Source of the DNA: Candidatus Dadabacteria bacterium
GTDB taxonomy: Bacteria > Desulfobacterota_D > UBA1144 > Nemesobacterales > CSP1-2
Reading direction: 5' to 3'
Assembly: GCA_963805855.1 (NCBI GenBank)
Contig: CAWDVW010000006.1
Coordinates: 64,001-128,000 of the forward strand
DNA length: 64,000 nt
A model generated the notes under the pieces. The model was not told the origin of the DNA. It was given only the letters and a program-made list of their open reading frames with translations, and did not search any database. How positions within the stretch are numbered: the stretch's first letter is position 1; each line of letters begins with the position of its first letter. The translations under genes and the position numbers were made by a program. Below are positions 10,848-20,960 of this stretch, one piece after another.

Positions 10848-11075
10848 GTGATAAAAATTTCTAATAGGGAGGTTGGTTTGCCTAAGCTTACAATAAACTT
10901 AACAATGGATGTCGAAGAGGAGCCTGATGGTGGCATTGATGAACCGTTAATAAATAAACTCGCTTCCGATTTGGGTGACGTGATTGTGGGGTTGGTCAAT
11001 GCAAAGAAGGGGATTTTCGGCACTGTAAATCTATTTGTTAATGGAGAGCAGTTTAACTCAGTGAACTTTGATTGA
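10848..11075 (+). CDS. Hypothetical small protein
   Basis: 75-aa ORF with protein-like composition; no recognised motif. Confidence 0.3.
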   Translation: MIKISNREVGLPKLTINLTMDVEEEPDGGIDEPLINKLASDLGDVIVGLVNAKKGIFGTVNLFVNGEQFNSVNFD

Positions 11076-11353
11076 ATGCTGTAATTTCTCCTAGTAGATG
11101 TAACGCATTTTGAATAATGAATTGATATGATTCCTCTGATCTGCGCCAGGGATCCATTCAATGTTCTATTTAGTGTGTCGACGAAATATTCTTCTTATTT
11201 CTTATCAAATCTGCGTCTAGATTTTTCTTCCAGTGGATGTTTCAAGCTATCGAGCATATGAGCTATTAGGTGTTTTGACAGACGAATTCACTTTCGATCG
11301 CCACATGAATAAAATTTCCGGAGTGAAGATTCAATGCCCGATAGTTTATCAAT

Positions 11354-12307
11354 TCAAGCTGGTTTAGATGCATCGGTCTGATTTACATTTAGATTAAATG
11401 GCTTACTTGCTTCGCCGAAATAAAGGCTTAAATGAGGGAAAGGAATTTCGATTCCTTTTTCGTCAAAGGTGTTCTTAATTCTCCTTCTGAGCTCCCTACC
11501 TACTTCCCATTGTTTTAATGGCAGCGTCTTGATCATGCATTTGATCGTCACTTGTGAATCACCAAAGTCATCGACGCCAAGAATTTGAAGTGGTTCCAGT
11601 ATAAGTGACCCAAAGTGCTCATCCTTAGATAAACCGTCTCCAATTTCGCCCAGCACCTTCATGACATCATCCACATTTTCCTTGTAAGCGACACCCACGT
11701 CGACTAGGTATCGGGACCATCCTTTACTCATGTTGGATAATGTATTTATAGTTCCGTTAGGAAATATATGTACGATTCCCCCTAAGTCTCGAATCACAAT
11801 TGTCCTTAGATTAATCTCTTCTACGAGTCCACCCGTTCCATTGATTTCACCCACGTCGCCAACACGAATCTGGTTTTCCAGGATGATAAAAAATCCACTT
11901 ATAATGTCCCGTACAAGGTTCTGTGCTCCAAAGCCAACCGCTAATCCTACGATACCAGCACCTGCTATGATCGGCGCTATATCCATTCCCACTTCTCGAA
12001 GAATCATCATTAGTGAGATTAACAGCACAGCTATAAGGGCTGCTTTCCTCATTAGGTTGCCAAGGGTAGCTAACCTTTTTTCAGTTTCTATTGCGGCTAT
12101 GACTTCTCTTTCACGACTTTCTATTAATTTCTCGATTCTTCCAATTATGATGTAAAAAAATTTCAGGATCAGAAAAGCACCTATTATGATTAAGATTATC
12201 CTGGTGCCTGAGGTCATACTCCAGGCGGCGAATTGGTCGACGAGTTTGTCTAAAAAAGCCGGGTTTAGAAACTTTGATGCGACGTTAGTCATTGGATTTC
12301 CCCCCAT
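11354..12307 (-). CDS. MscS-family mechanosensitive channel (YbiO/YkuT-like)
   Basis: GAGIVGLAVGFGAQNLVRD, ENQIRVGD, GIEIPFP. Confidence 0.92.
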   Translation of the reverse strand: MGGNPMTNVASKFLNPAFLDKLVDQFAAWSMTSGTRIILIIIGAFLILKFFYIIIGRIEKLIESREREVIAAIETEKRLATLGNLMRKAALIAVLLISLMMILREVGMDIAPIIAGAGIVGLAVGFGAQNLVRDIISGFFIILENQIRVGDVGEINGTGGLVEEINLRTIVIRDLGGIVHIFPNGTINTLSNMSKGWSRYLVDVGVAYKENVDDVMKVLGEIGDGLSKDEHFGSLILEPLQILGVDDFGDSQVTIKCMIKTLPLKQWEVGRELRRRIKNTFDEKGIEIPFPHLSLYFGEASKPFNLNVNQTDASKPA

Positions 12308-12431
12308 TTTGAAAAATTTTTCAGGTTACTAAGAAAAATTTGGATATAAAATTACCTGTTTTTAATATGAGAAATTCATTTACTTGGATTGTCGTTTAAT
12401 GCTTAGCTGTTTCGTGCTAGCCTATTATAAC

Positions 12432-12766
12432 TTATATGAGAAGATTCTGAAATATTACCGCAAACCCGAGAAATGCAAAAAACCCGATTACATCCGTGAC
12501 CGTCGTAAGAATTATGCTTGAAGATTGAGCCGGATCGAGATGTTTCACTATTTCCCTAAACGTATCTTTTGGAAGCTCTTTAAAGTAGTGCTGCTGCTTG
12601 ATTTACTTGAAGGGTTTTGAAGACTCCTGCTGAAAGTGAAGGGGGTGGGGTAGTTAATATCTTGACTGCTTCGCCCTCGGGCATAGCTTCTAAAGCATGT
12701 GTCGCAGTCAGTGAATCATACTAAGAATTTTCTCACATAAGGTAGTAACGGCGCATAAGTGTCCAT
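12432..12766 (-). pseudogene. mgtE: Internally deleted, frameshifted mgtE paralog
   Basis: Translated pieces MDTYAPLLPYVRKF..YDSLTATHALEAM..KELPKDTFREIVKHL join directly to DPAQSSSIILTTVTDV..GFFAFLGFAVIFQNLLI*. These match the N- and C-termini of the intact MgtE at 17433-18743. A GAGG RBS is retained. Confidence 0.85.
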
Positions 12767-13099
12767 GACGACGATACCTCCCAAAAAAGAGATTCCCCCA
12801 ATTGGTATTGTAAATTAGACCGGAACAGCCCCACCGCAATAATGATACGCAATACAAAAAGCTGTTTGTTTTTACGAAATGTGTGTGAAGGTGTACCTAT
12901 TTACTGTCGAGAATTCTAGAAAGCTATTAATAAATCGGTGTTAACACTTGACAAAGTAATGATAAATTTGACATAATAGGTTTTGATGGGGTATCCATTA
13001 TTCAATCTTCTCCAAGCCTTTGAATTTTCAAAAATGTTTCTCTACTTCAATAAGTCAAGAGATTAAGAAATAGAGAAAATCCGAACAGGGGGTGTTACT

Positions 13100-14608
13100 A
13101 TGCCAGATACCATAGCAGCAGGGCAACTCATTTTGTCCTATCTGATAAGAATAGTAGCTGCAATTGCCGTCCTGATAATTGGATGGTTTGTTGCAAAGCT
13201 CATCACTGCGATGATCCGAAGGGGGCTTAATCGTACTCAGTTAGACAGGAAAATTGTACGTTGGATAACCGGAGAGGATACAGAGCAGGGCATTGACACA
13301 GCGGGTAAAATATCTAAGGGCATCTTCTTTATACTGTTGCTCTTTGTATTGGTTGCCTTCTTTCAGGTCCTCGGCATAACTCTGATAACCGAACCACTTA
13401 ACCGTCTATTGACCGTGGTTTTGGAATATCTGCCACGCCTCTATGCCGCTGGTCTGTTGTTGGTTGTAGCATGGGTTATTGCGAGTTTGCTTAGACTTTT
13501 GATTCTACGCATCATCGGGGCCACTAAACTTGATGAAAAATTTTCTACTCAGGCCGACTTGGAAAAAACGAAGATCGTGCCCCTATCAAGAACCTTTTCT
13601 GAAATTGCATACTGGTTGGTCTTTCTACTTTTTCTTCCAGCCGTATTAAATGCACTCGCGCTTCAAGGTCTTCTTGATCCCGTAAACAGCATGGTCACTA
13701 AGATTTTATCATTCTTGCCAAATATACTCACGTCGGCATTGATCCTTGCAATTGGATGGTTTCTTGCACGGGTTGTGCAAAGAATAACAACTAATTTACT
13801 TGCAGCCATGGGAACAGACAGGCTCGGTGATAGAGTAGGAATCGATCGTGTGCTTGGCACAAAGAATCTCTCATATGCAGTCGGAATTGTTATTTATGTT
13901 TTAATTCTGATCCCGGTGTTGATTGCCGCACTGAATGCTCTACAACTAGGTGCGCTTACTCAACCTGCAAGTAATATGTTGAACACAATTTTAGGGAAAC
14001 TTCCGGCAATATTCGCCTCAATTTTGGTTTTGATAATTGCATATGTAATAGGAAGGGTGGTGGCCGGTTTAATCACGAATCTACTTGGTAGTGTGGGTTT
14101 TGATTCTATCATGGCCAGGTTAGGCATTGGCAAGAAGCCTTCTAAGGGTGAAAAATCACCCTCTGCCATTGTTGGTTTTCTGATACTTGTGGCGATCATC
14201 ATTTTTGCGGTTATGCAGTCTTTTGAGATTCTAGGATTCGCGGGCTTGGCCGCTTTGGTATCACGGTTTCTTGTATTTGCCGGTCACATTGTGGTAGGAC
14301 TCATAATTTTTGGCATAGGTCTATATCTTTCCGATCTGGCTTCAAACGTCATACGATCGAGCTCAGCATCTCAGGCTGGATTATTGGCGTTTTCGGCAAG
14401 AGTTTCGATATTAATTTTGTCCGTGGCAATGGCTTTAAGGCAGATGGGTCTTGCAAATGAGATTATAAACCTGGCTTTCGCGATCTTGTTTGGCGCAGTT
14501 GCAGTGGCTATTGCAATATCTTTTGGCCTGGGAGGTCGTGAGCTTGCGGGACGAAAGCTCGGAGAATGGCTTGACTCAGTAGGATCATCGAAATCAAAAG
14601 AGGAATAG
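13100..14608 (+). CDS. Conserved TM-helix repeat membrane protein (CmpX / mechanosensitive-channel associated)
   Basis: Repeated LPxIxxAxLILxIGWxxA units; C-terminal AIAISFGLGGRE. Confidence 0.8.
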   Translation: MPDTIAAGQLILSYLIRIVAAIAVLIIGWFVAKLITAMIRRGLNRTQLDRKIVRWITGEDTEQGIDTAGKISKGIFFILLLFVLVAFFQVLGITLITEPLNRLLTVVLEYLPRLYAAGLLLVVAWVIASLLRLLILRIIGATKLDEKFSTQADLEKTKIVPLSRTFSEIAYWLVFLLFLPAVLNALALQGLLDPVNSMVTKILSFLPNILTSALILAIGWFLARVVQRITTNLLAAMGTDRLGDRVGIDRVLGTKNLSYAVGIVIYVLILIPVLIAALNALQLGALTQPASNMLNTILGKLPAIFASILVLIIAYVIGRVVAGLITNLLGSVGFDSIMARLGIGKKPSKGEKSPSAIVGFLILVAIIIFAVMQSFEILGFAGLAALVSRFLVFAGHIVVGLIIFGIGLYLSDLASNVIRSSSASQAGLLAFSARVSILILSVAMALRQMGLANEIINLAFAILFGAVAVAIAISFGLGGRELAGRKLGEWLDSVGSSKSKEE

Positions 14609-14663
14609 ATAATCTATAAATTTATTCTTTTATCGCCGAATTGATAATACGAGAACGGTTTCT

Positions 14664-15926
14664 TCACTCCTCCCAGAGTGAGAATCGTTTAAGTAGATAA
14701 GGTTTGTTGCGCTCAAAGATCCGGGCTTGCTCCTGTACAACTTTTTCGGCCTCATAGCTGTCCATTTCCATCACCTGCTGGCAGTAGCTTCTAGTGCGTC
14801 CAAAATATAATGGAGTAACAATGTCGGCAAGCCGACGCTTATTTCTTTGCCAAAGCTGATATACGTATCCGAAGTCATATAGTATTTTGCTCCAGAGATC
14901 TGAATCAAAGACCTCCTCTTTTCCATTACTCCAGCTCTCGTGTATCTTGTCTAGCCTACCCATGGTTTCATCATCCAGGATCTCCTGATACATCGGTCGA
15001 AAATGCTTGTAACCTTCTACGAACTCGTCATGCAGATTTTCGAGACTGACCGAAACCGGTTCCAGTTCAGGCTCTTCCTCCTTCTTATTATTTATCTGAA
15101 TGGCTCTAAATTGATTATTCCTTTCCCAGTTGCTCTCATATTTACCCATGAGATAGAAAAGTGTGCTGACTACCTGTCTAAACATTGGACCTAGGTCTGT
15201 AGCGGGATCCTTGGCATTGTGAATCTTGGTGCCAAGGTATGTTTGGACAACTTTAAATCCTTGATTAATGGCACATGTCGTCATCCAGACGTCGATTCCG
15301 AATCTGGCAACGTCTGTATCCCATACATCTTCTTTCACATAAAACGCTGCTAACTCAGGAGAAAAACCAAAGTCACCGCCGATCGGCTGTCGCACATCGA
15401 CGCCGTATAGGGCCCTGGTCATTGGATATACAATCTGATTAGTTATTGTTCCGTCGAACTTGTGCCTCCGGTAATAGGGAGCGACGAACCCTGCCGAATT
15501 ATTGATAATGGGCTCAAGCATTAATTTTACCCATTCTGGCGTTATACTTCTCAAATCTGCATCAAATACGGCAATTGCCTTCGCCTTTAAGATCAAAGCT
15601 AATTCAAAGACGGCTCTAAACGACGTTCCCTTTCCTGGAAGCCCCCGATAGATTGTGACCCTTCTCTGAATGTTTTCAGGTATAGATGCTTCGTATGCAT
15701 GTTCCCGTGTGTCATCAAGAGAGCCTCCGTCACTGACAAATATTGCAGATTTATGATTCGGAAAGTGCTGGGCTAATCCCTTACCAACCTGCTCAATGAC
15801 AAAACCAAGCGTATCTTCGGTGTTATAACATGGAATTCCAACCAAGATATCGACCGATTTAATCTTATCAACCCACATGTGTACGTTTTCCCTGAGGGCT
15901 GAACCATATTTCTTGATAGCCATCAT
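14664..15926 (-). CDS. GT-A glycosyltransferase, glucosylglycerate/mannosylglycerate synthase-like
   Basis: GIPCYN, DGGSLDDT, GKGT, FDADL, YRRHKFDGTITN, RQPIGGDFG, FGIDVWMT; next to a glycerate kinase. Confidence 0.7.
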   Translation of the reverse strand: MMAIKKYGSALRENVHMWVDKIKSVDILVGIPCYNTEDTLGFVIEQVGKGLAQHFPNHKSAIFVSDGGSLDDTREHAYEASIPENIQRRVTIYRGLPGKGTSFRAVFELALILKAKAIAVFDADLRSITPEWVKLMLEPIINNSAGFVAPYYRRHKFDGTITNQIVYPMTRALYGVDVRQPIGGDFGFSPELAAFYVKEDVWDTDVARFGIDVWMTTCAINQGFKVVQTYLGTKIHNAKDPATDLGPMFRQVVSTLFYLMGKYESNWERNNQFRAIQINNKKEEEPELEPVSVSLENLHDEFVEGYKHFRPMYQEILDDETMGRLDKIHESWSNGKEEVFDSDLWSKILYDFGYVYQLWQRNKRRLADIVTPLYFGRTRSYCQQVMEMDSYEAEKVVQEQARIFERNKPYLLKRFSLWEE

Positions 15927-16044
15927 AAAATAACTCCTGAATTGGTCGTTTCCGTATAAATTATCAATAAACTTACCCTAAATATTCATAAGTTTTAGGG
16001 GGGGGGAATCAAATGATAATATTTTAAGAATAATGAATAAACCT

Positions 16045-17373
16045 TTATGATACCATAATAATCCTCAAATCCATCACGTTCGTATTCGTTGGACCTGTAA
16101 TGACCAAGTCTCCTAAGGGCTTGAAAAAATTGTAGGAATTATTCTCTCTGAGATATTTTTCCGCGACCATTCCTAATTTCTTGGATCGTCTTATAGTTGA
16201 CCCGTCTGCTATCGCACCCGCGGCCTCGGTGGGGCCATCGGTACCATCGGTGCCAGCACTCAGTATTGCTACTTTTTCTAATCCGTCGATTGCAATGGCC
16301 GCCGCCAGCGCGAATTCCTGATTGCGCCCGCCTAAACCGCTTCCTTTGATTTTAACCGTAGTCTCACCACCTGACACGACACATGCCGGCCGGCCAACCG
16401 GATTTCCAGTACTCAGAATTTCTTTTGCTATCGCTGCATGAACCTTTGCTACTTCCGTCGTTTCACCCTCAATGAATGAAGAGAGAATAAGAGTGTTATA
16501 TCCAAGCTTATCTGCTTTCTCCTTCGCAGCGCTTAACGCTTGTTTATTACTTCCGATGATGACATTTTGAGTTCTTACGAATATTGGATCATCGGCCTTC
16601 GGCGTTTCTCCAACTTCACCACGGCGTCCCTTTTCCACGTATTCAAGAATCGAGCTGGGAATATCCCCATGTATCTTGTGCTTTTCAAGTATATTGAGAC
16701 AGTCTGCGAATGTAGTTTTATCCGGTGCAGTAGGACCCGAGGCTATGCTGTCTAAATTATCTCCGATGACGTCTGACAGTATCAACGAGATCAAGGTTGA
16801 GGGGTAAACAAGTCTTGCTAATCTCCCACCTTTGACTTTTGATATCTGTTTACGAAGTGCGTTAATCTCATGTATGGTGGCGCCACAGTCCAGTAACGCT
16901 TGAGTTAAGCGCTGCTTGTCTTCTAAGGTTATGCCCTCAGCCGGACAGGGCAGCAGAGCTGAACCACCGCCAGAGATCAAGCAAAAGACCAGGTCCTTTT
17001 CTCCGGTTTGTTTTAGTAATCGTAGAATTTGATTTGTACCTGCCAGCCCCGCCTGGTCCGGCACCGGATGGCCGGCTTCATTTGCCCTGACAATCTTAAG
17101 TGGGACGGTGTGTCCGTATTTAACGTTTACCATTCCTCCCTTTATCCTGTTGCCCAATAAATCTTCGATCGCCTTGGCCATTGCAGCAGAGGCTTTGCCC
17201 ATGCCAATGATAAAGATGTTTTCATATGCTGAAAGGTCGTATATCTTCCCGTGAACATCTAATCTGTTACCTTCGACCGCCACATTAAGTTTAATTGCGT
17301 TGGCAGGGTCGACCGACTCTATACCATGCTTGAATATCTTTATCGCGTCTTGTCTCAATCTAGTTATTTCCAT
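16045..17373 (-). CDS. Glycerate kinase type 2 (MOFRL family)
   Basis: GMGKA, AGHPVPD, SGGGSAL, GGETTV, GGRNQE, GTDGTDG, TGPTNTNVMD. Confidence 0.92.
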   Translation of the reverse strand: MEITRLRQDAIKIFKHGIESVDPANAIKLNVAVEGNRLDVHGKIYDLSAYENIFIIGMGKASAAMAKAIEDLLGNRIKGGMVNVKYGHTVPLKIVRANEAGHPVPDQAGLAGTNQILRLLKQTGEKDLVFCLISGGGSALLPCPAEGITLEDKQRLTQALLDCGATIHEINALRKQISKVKGGRLARLVYPSTLISLILSDVIGDNLDSIASGPTAPDKTTFADCLNILEKHKIHGDIPSSILEYVEKGRRGEVGETPKADDPIFVRTQNVIIGSNKQALSAAKEKADKLGYNTLILSSFIEGETTEVAKVHAAIAKEILSTGNPVGRPACVVSGGETTVKIKGSGLGGRNQEFALAAAIAIDGLEKVAILSAGTDGTDGPTEAAGAIADGSTIRRSKKLGMVAEKYLRENNSYNFFKPLGDLVITGPTNTNVMDLRIIMVS

Positions 17374-17432
17374 CTTTCTCGTATTATGTTCGTTATGAGT
17401 TAACTAAAAAAAGAGCGATGTTAGTGCGATTG

Positions 17433-18743
17433 TCATATCAGGTAACTCTGAAATATTACGGCAAAGCTAAGAAACACGAAGAACCCAACAACATCTGTGA
17501 CCGTGGTCAATATGATGCTGGAGGACTGAGCTGGGTCCAGACCAAATGTCTTCATCGTAATAGGGATTATTGCGCCCGCTAATCCGGCTACGATCAGCGT
17601 AACAATCATGGCAAGACCAATAACTAAACCAAGATAAGGGTTTCCCTTCCATAGCCAAGAGATTAATGCCGTGACAAACCCAATTATTAGTCCATTGAAT
17701 ATTCCGATCTTTGCTTCTTTTATGAGTAGCGTAGGCACATTGTTTGGTGAAATTTCCCTCATGACAAGACCCCTCATCACAACAGCGAGGGATTGAAGAC
17801 CGGCATTCCCACCTTGTCCCGCGATTACGGGAAGAAACACAGCCAGGACTGCCATCTTCGCGATTGTGCCCTGGAAAAGAGAGACCACCGAGCCTGCCAA
17901 AAAAGCTGTTGCAAGATTGATATGAAGCCATGGCAATCGCTTTTTAAGCGAGAACCATATCGACGAATATGCTCGCTCATTCCCGCCCGCTCCGAACATC
18001 TTCTGTATATCTTCTGTAGCCTCCTGCTGCACATGGCTAAGCAATTGATCTGATTTAACAATTCCCAGCAATTTATTCTCATTATCCACCACCGGGGCGC
18101 CAAAGTACCTTCTAGATGAAAGCTGATCGGCTACTTCCTCGCGGTCGGTAAATGCATTTATAGTAAATACGTCCTTTATCATTACCGATTCAAGCCTTGC
18201 CTCTGGGGATGCTAACAGGAGGTCGCGCATATTCAAGACGCCGACCAGGCGATTCTGGTTGTCTATGACGTACACATATGATGAGGTCTGTTTTTGGAAA
18301 GTTAATGATCGTATTCTTTGTATAGCATCTTTGACCTTTATACCCGTGTGAAAGGCTATAAAGTTGGTTGTCATAATACTTCCGGCGCTGTCTACGGGGA
18401 ATATCAGGAGCTCTTGAATCATGTTTCTGGTTTTATTTGATAGGCATTCCAAAAGCCTTTTCCGTATGTCTTCAGGAATGTTCACTATGATAGCTGCTCC
18501 CTGTTCTGGGCTCAGGTTCTCAACAATTTCCTTAAATGTATTAGTTGGAATTTCCTTCAGTAAAGCTGCAGCATAATTAACTTGGAGATTGCTGAAGATC
18601 TTTATTGAGACTGACGGTGGAAGATTTTTTAAAATTTCAATTGCTTCATCTTCGTCCATCGTTTCGAGTGCGCGAGTCGCTGTAAGCGGATCATATTCAA
18701 AAAATTTTTGAACATATGGTAGTAAGGGACTGTTTCCATTCAT
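17433..18743 (-). CDS. mgtE: Magnesium transporter MgtE
   Basis: N-domain, CBS pair (SAGSIMT), GQGGNAG, LDPA and TTVTDVVG membrane motifs. Confidence 0.93.
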   Translation of the reverse strand: MNGNSPLLPYVQKFFEYDPLTATRALETMDEDEAIEILKNLPPSVSIKIFSNLQVNYAAALLKEIPTNTFKEIVENLSPEQGAAIIVNIPEDIRKRLLECLSNKTRNMIQELLIFPVDSAGSIMTTNFIAFHTGIKVKDAIQRIRSLTFQKQTSSYVYVIDNQNRLVGVLNMRDLLLASPEARLESVMIKDVFTINAFTDREEVADQLSSRRYFGAPVVDNENKLLGIVKSDQLLSHVQQEATEDIQKMFGAGGNERAYSSIWFSLKKRLPWLHINLATAFLAGSVVSLFQGTIAKMAVLAVFLPVIAGQGGNAGLQSLAVVMRGLVMREISPNNVPTLLIKEAKIGIFNGLIIGFVTALISWLWKGNPYLGLVIGLAMIVTLIVAGLAGAIIPITMKTFGLDPAQSSSIILTTVTDVVGFFVFLSFAVIFQSYLI

Positions 18744-18793
18744 AATCTCAACACCTCCAACTTACCGCCAAAGGTCCAATCAGCTGATCTCAA

Positions 18794-19996
18794 TCAATCA
18801 GTGATTTTGTCTACTTTTATTTTTACCCTTGGTGGTTCTATTTTTTCTACTGTGAGGCCTTTTGGGAAATTAATGTTAGAGTCTGATATAGTTACGGTTT
18901 TGAGCCCGGCGGTGACATTAGGTAGATTCAGTATCAAGGAAATTTCACTATCACTTGTGAGAAAGAAGGATCGCCTGGGACCTAAAAATGTTACCTTGAC
19001 CTCCTTGGGTTCTACTTCGGAAATTTTATATTTCGATTGTAACGGAGCGGTCTGAATTGGCACCAGAAATGATTCATATTCCAATCCAGACCCATATACG
19101 AGTACAAACCAGAGTGCGACGGTCAAAATAACGGCTATAACCTTTTCTTTAAAATTTTTCACCAAGAAGTCATTCAACACTGCAGTCTTGCTAGGCGGAT
19201 GTATGTCTTCATAAAATTTGTGAAGAATAAGGCTTAATTGCTCGAAACCTACCTGCTTCAGAATTCCATTACGAGCTACAGAGATTATCCCTTGCTCTTC
19301 CGAAACGACCAAACATAGTGCATCGGTGAATTCTGATAAACCTAAGGCTGCGGCATGTCTAGTACCATGATAACGTAGCTGTTGAAAATTCCTTGATAGG
19401 GGTAGATGAACAGCAAACATCGTAATTTTTCCATTCTCTATGATGACTGCACCGTCATGACCTATTGAATGAGGGTCAAAAATGCTCTTCAAGAGCGGTT
19501 CGCTTAAGTCGCCGTTTAATTCAACTCCGCCTTCAAGGTGCAAATCTATTATATCCCTTCCTGGAAGAACTATTAGTGCTCCTACTCTATTATTGGCAAA
19601 ATCACTAAGGGTTTTCAGCAATATCTGCACGTCTCCTGGATAGTCTTTGGATTTTGAGCCCTTATTAAATGTTGGGTTTAACCCCAAAACAGCTATCCTT
19701 TCAAAAAGCCGTCTTAGCTCTTCTTGAAAAATCACAATTACAGCTATTATGATTACGGCGAAAAAACCTTGAAGAACTGAATAAGTCAGGACTAGATTGA
19801 ACTGACGGGCGAGAAGGTATATTATGCTTATTATGATTATTCCGGAAAGTACAAATCCTGCCCTTGTTTTTTTAAACCAAAGGAGAACCGAATAAATTAG
19901 TAGCGACATAAAAGCTATATCGAAAGACCCTGCGAAACCTATTTGTTTAAAAAACGCTATTAAAAATTCGAAAAATTTATAAATCTCTTCTTTCAT
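18794..19996 (-). CDS. Diadenylate cyclase (CdaA-type 3TM + DAC) with extra C-terminal TM and YbbR/CdaR-like domain
   Basis: IVIFQEELRR, GALIV, HDGAVII, GTRHAAALGLSE, VVSEE; then KVIAVILTVALW TM and an EPKEVKVT..G beta domain. Confidence 0.88.
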   Translation of the reverse strand: MKEEIYKFFEFLIAFFKQIGFAGSFDIAFMSLLIYSVLLWFKKTRAGFVLSGIIIISIIYLLARQFNLVLTYSVLQGFFAVIIIAVIVIFQEELRRLFERIAVLGLNPTFNKGSKSKDYPGDVQILLKTLSDFANNRVGALIVLPGRDIIDLHLEGGVELNGDLSEPLLKSIFDPHSIGHDGAVIIENGKITMFAVHLPLSRNFQQLRYHGTRHAAALGLSEFTDALCLVVSEEQGIISVARNGILKQVGFEQLSLILHKFYEDIHPPSKTAVLNDFLVKNFKEKVIAVILTVALWFVLVYGSGLEYESFLVPIQTAPLQSKYKISEVEPKEVKVTFLGPRRSFFLTSDSEISLILNLPNVTAGLKTVTISDSNINFPKGLTVEKIEPPRVKIKVDKITD

Positions 19997-20379
19997 TTCA
20001 GTTTAGATGATTAATGATTGTCTTTACTCATTCAGGATCCTGCAAAATTATACTATTTAGGACCGGTTATATTCCTGCCGTGAATTAAATATTCATTATA
20101 ACCGTTAGCTAAAAATAATTAATAGTGTTACCGGTGCTGTTAAAAGCCGGCGTATTGTTCCTCATTTCCCACATTAGTCCCCGAACTTATTGCTTTTTTA
20201 AGCCTGCTATCGAGCCCTACATAACCGCTTAAATCGCGTTTGATTTATTTACCAGTATTTACATTTTCATCTTAATGTGTATTAAATTAATGGAGAAAAT
20301 AATCCGCAAGTACATCTTCTGAGATGTGCTTTTGGCATAGATTTCAATAGCGATATCGGAAAATTAGAGGAAATCAGGT

Positions 20380-20913
20380 ATGGCAAGTTCGCCCTCGAAC
20401 CAAGTGAAGGAAGATATGATTGTAACAGTGATGATTGAAATACCGAAGGGGAGTAGGAATAAGTATGAGTATGACGTAAATAATAAGGTGATCAAGCTGG
20501 ACAGGATGCTGTTTTCGTCTGTCCATTATCCCAGCGATTACGGATTTATCGTGAATACCCTGGGTACGGATGGAGATCCGCTCGATTCATTGGTATTGGT
20601 ATGGGAGCCTACTTTTCCCGGCTGCATAATCGAGGCAAAGCCTGTTGGGCTCTTCAGGATGTGGGATGAGAAGGGACCAGACGAAAAAATCCTTTGTGTA
20701 CCGGTTTCAGATCCGAATTGGAACTACATAAAAGAGCTTTCGGACATTCCTCCGCATCTTTTGAAGGAGATTGAGCATTTCTTTACTATTTACAAAGAAT
20801 TGGAGAAAAAGAAGACAGGGGTGGAGGGCTGGGAAGATCGTGAATCGGCAATAAAAATAATTAAAGAAGCTCAAGAGAGATACATCAAAGAGGGCAAGAG
20901 ATTTACGTTGTAG
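20380..20913 (+). CDS. ppa: Family I inorganic pyrophosphatase
   Basis: IEIPKGSRNKYEYD, YPSDYGF, DGDPLD, DEKILCVP. Confidence 0.95.
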   Translation: MASSPSNQVKEDMIVTVMIEIPKGSRNKYEYDVNNKVIKLDRMLFSSVHYPSDYGFIVNTLGTDGDPLDSLVLVWEPTFPGCIIEAKPVGLFRMWDEKGPDEKILCVPVSDPNWNYIKELSDIPPHLLKEIEHFFTIYKELEKKKTGVEGWEDRESAIKIIKEAQERYIKEGKRFTL

Positions 20914-20919
20914 ATATGA

Positions 20920-20960
20920 CATGATGCAGGATTCAGGATGCACGATTCAAGATGTTCGAT
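20920..20960 (+). repeat. Heptamer tandem array (GATGCAG consensus), left arm of a 27-bp inverted repeat
   Basis: GATGCAG GATTCAG GATGCAC GATTCAA GATGTTC; overlaps the stop codon of the four-helix gene. Confidence 0.85.

Noticed and set aside
19997-20380. c-di-AMP (ydaO) or Mg2+ (M-box) riboswitch upstream of the cyclase-mgtE operon
   Set aside because: No recognisable consensus by eye; an Rfam scan would be needed
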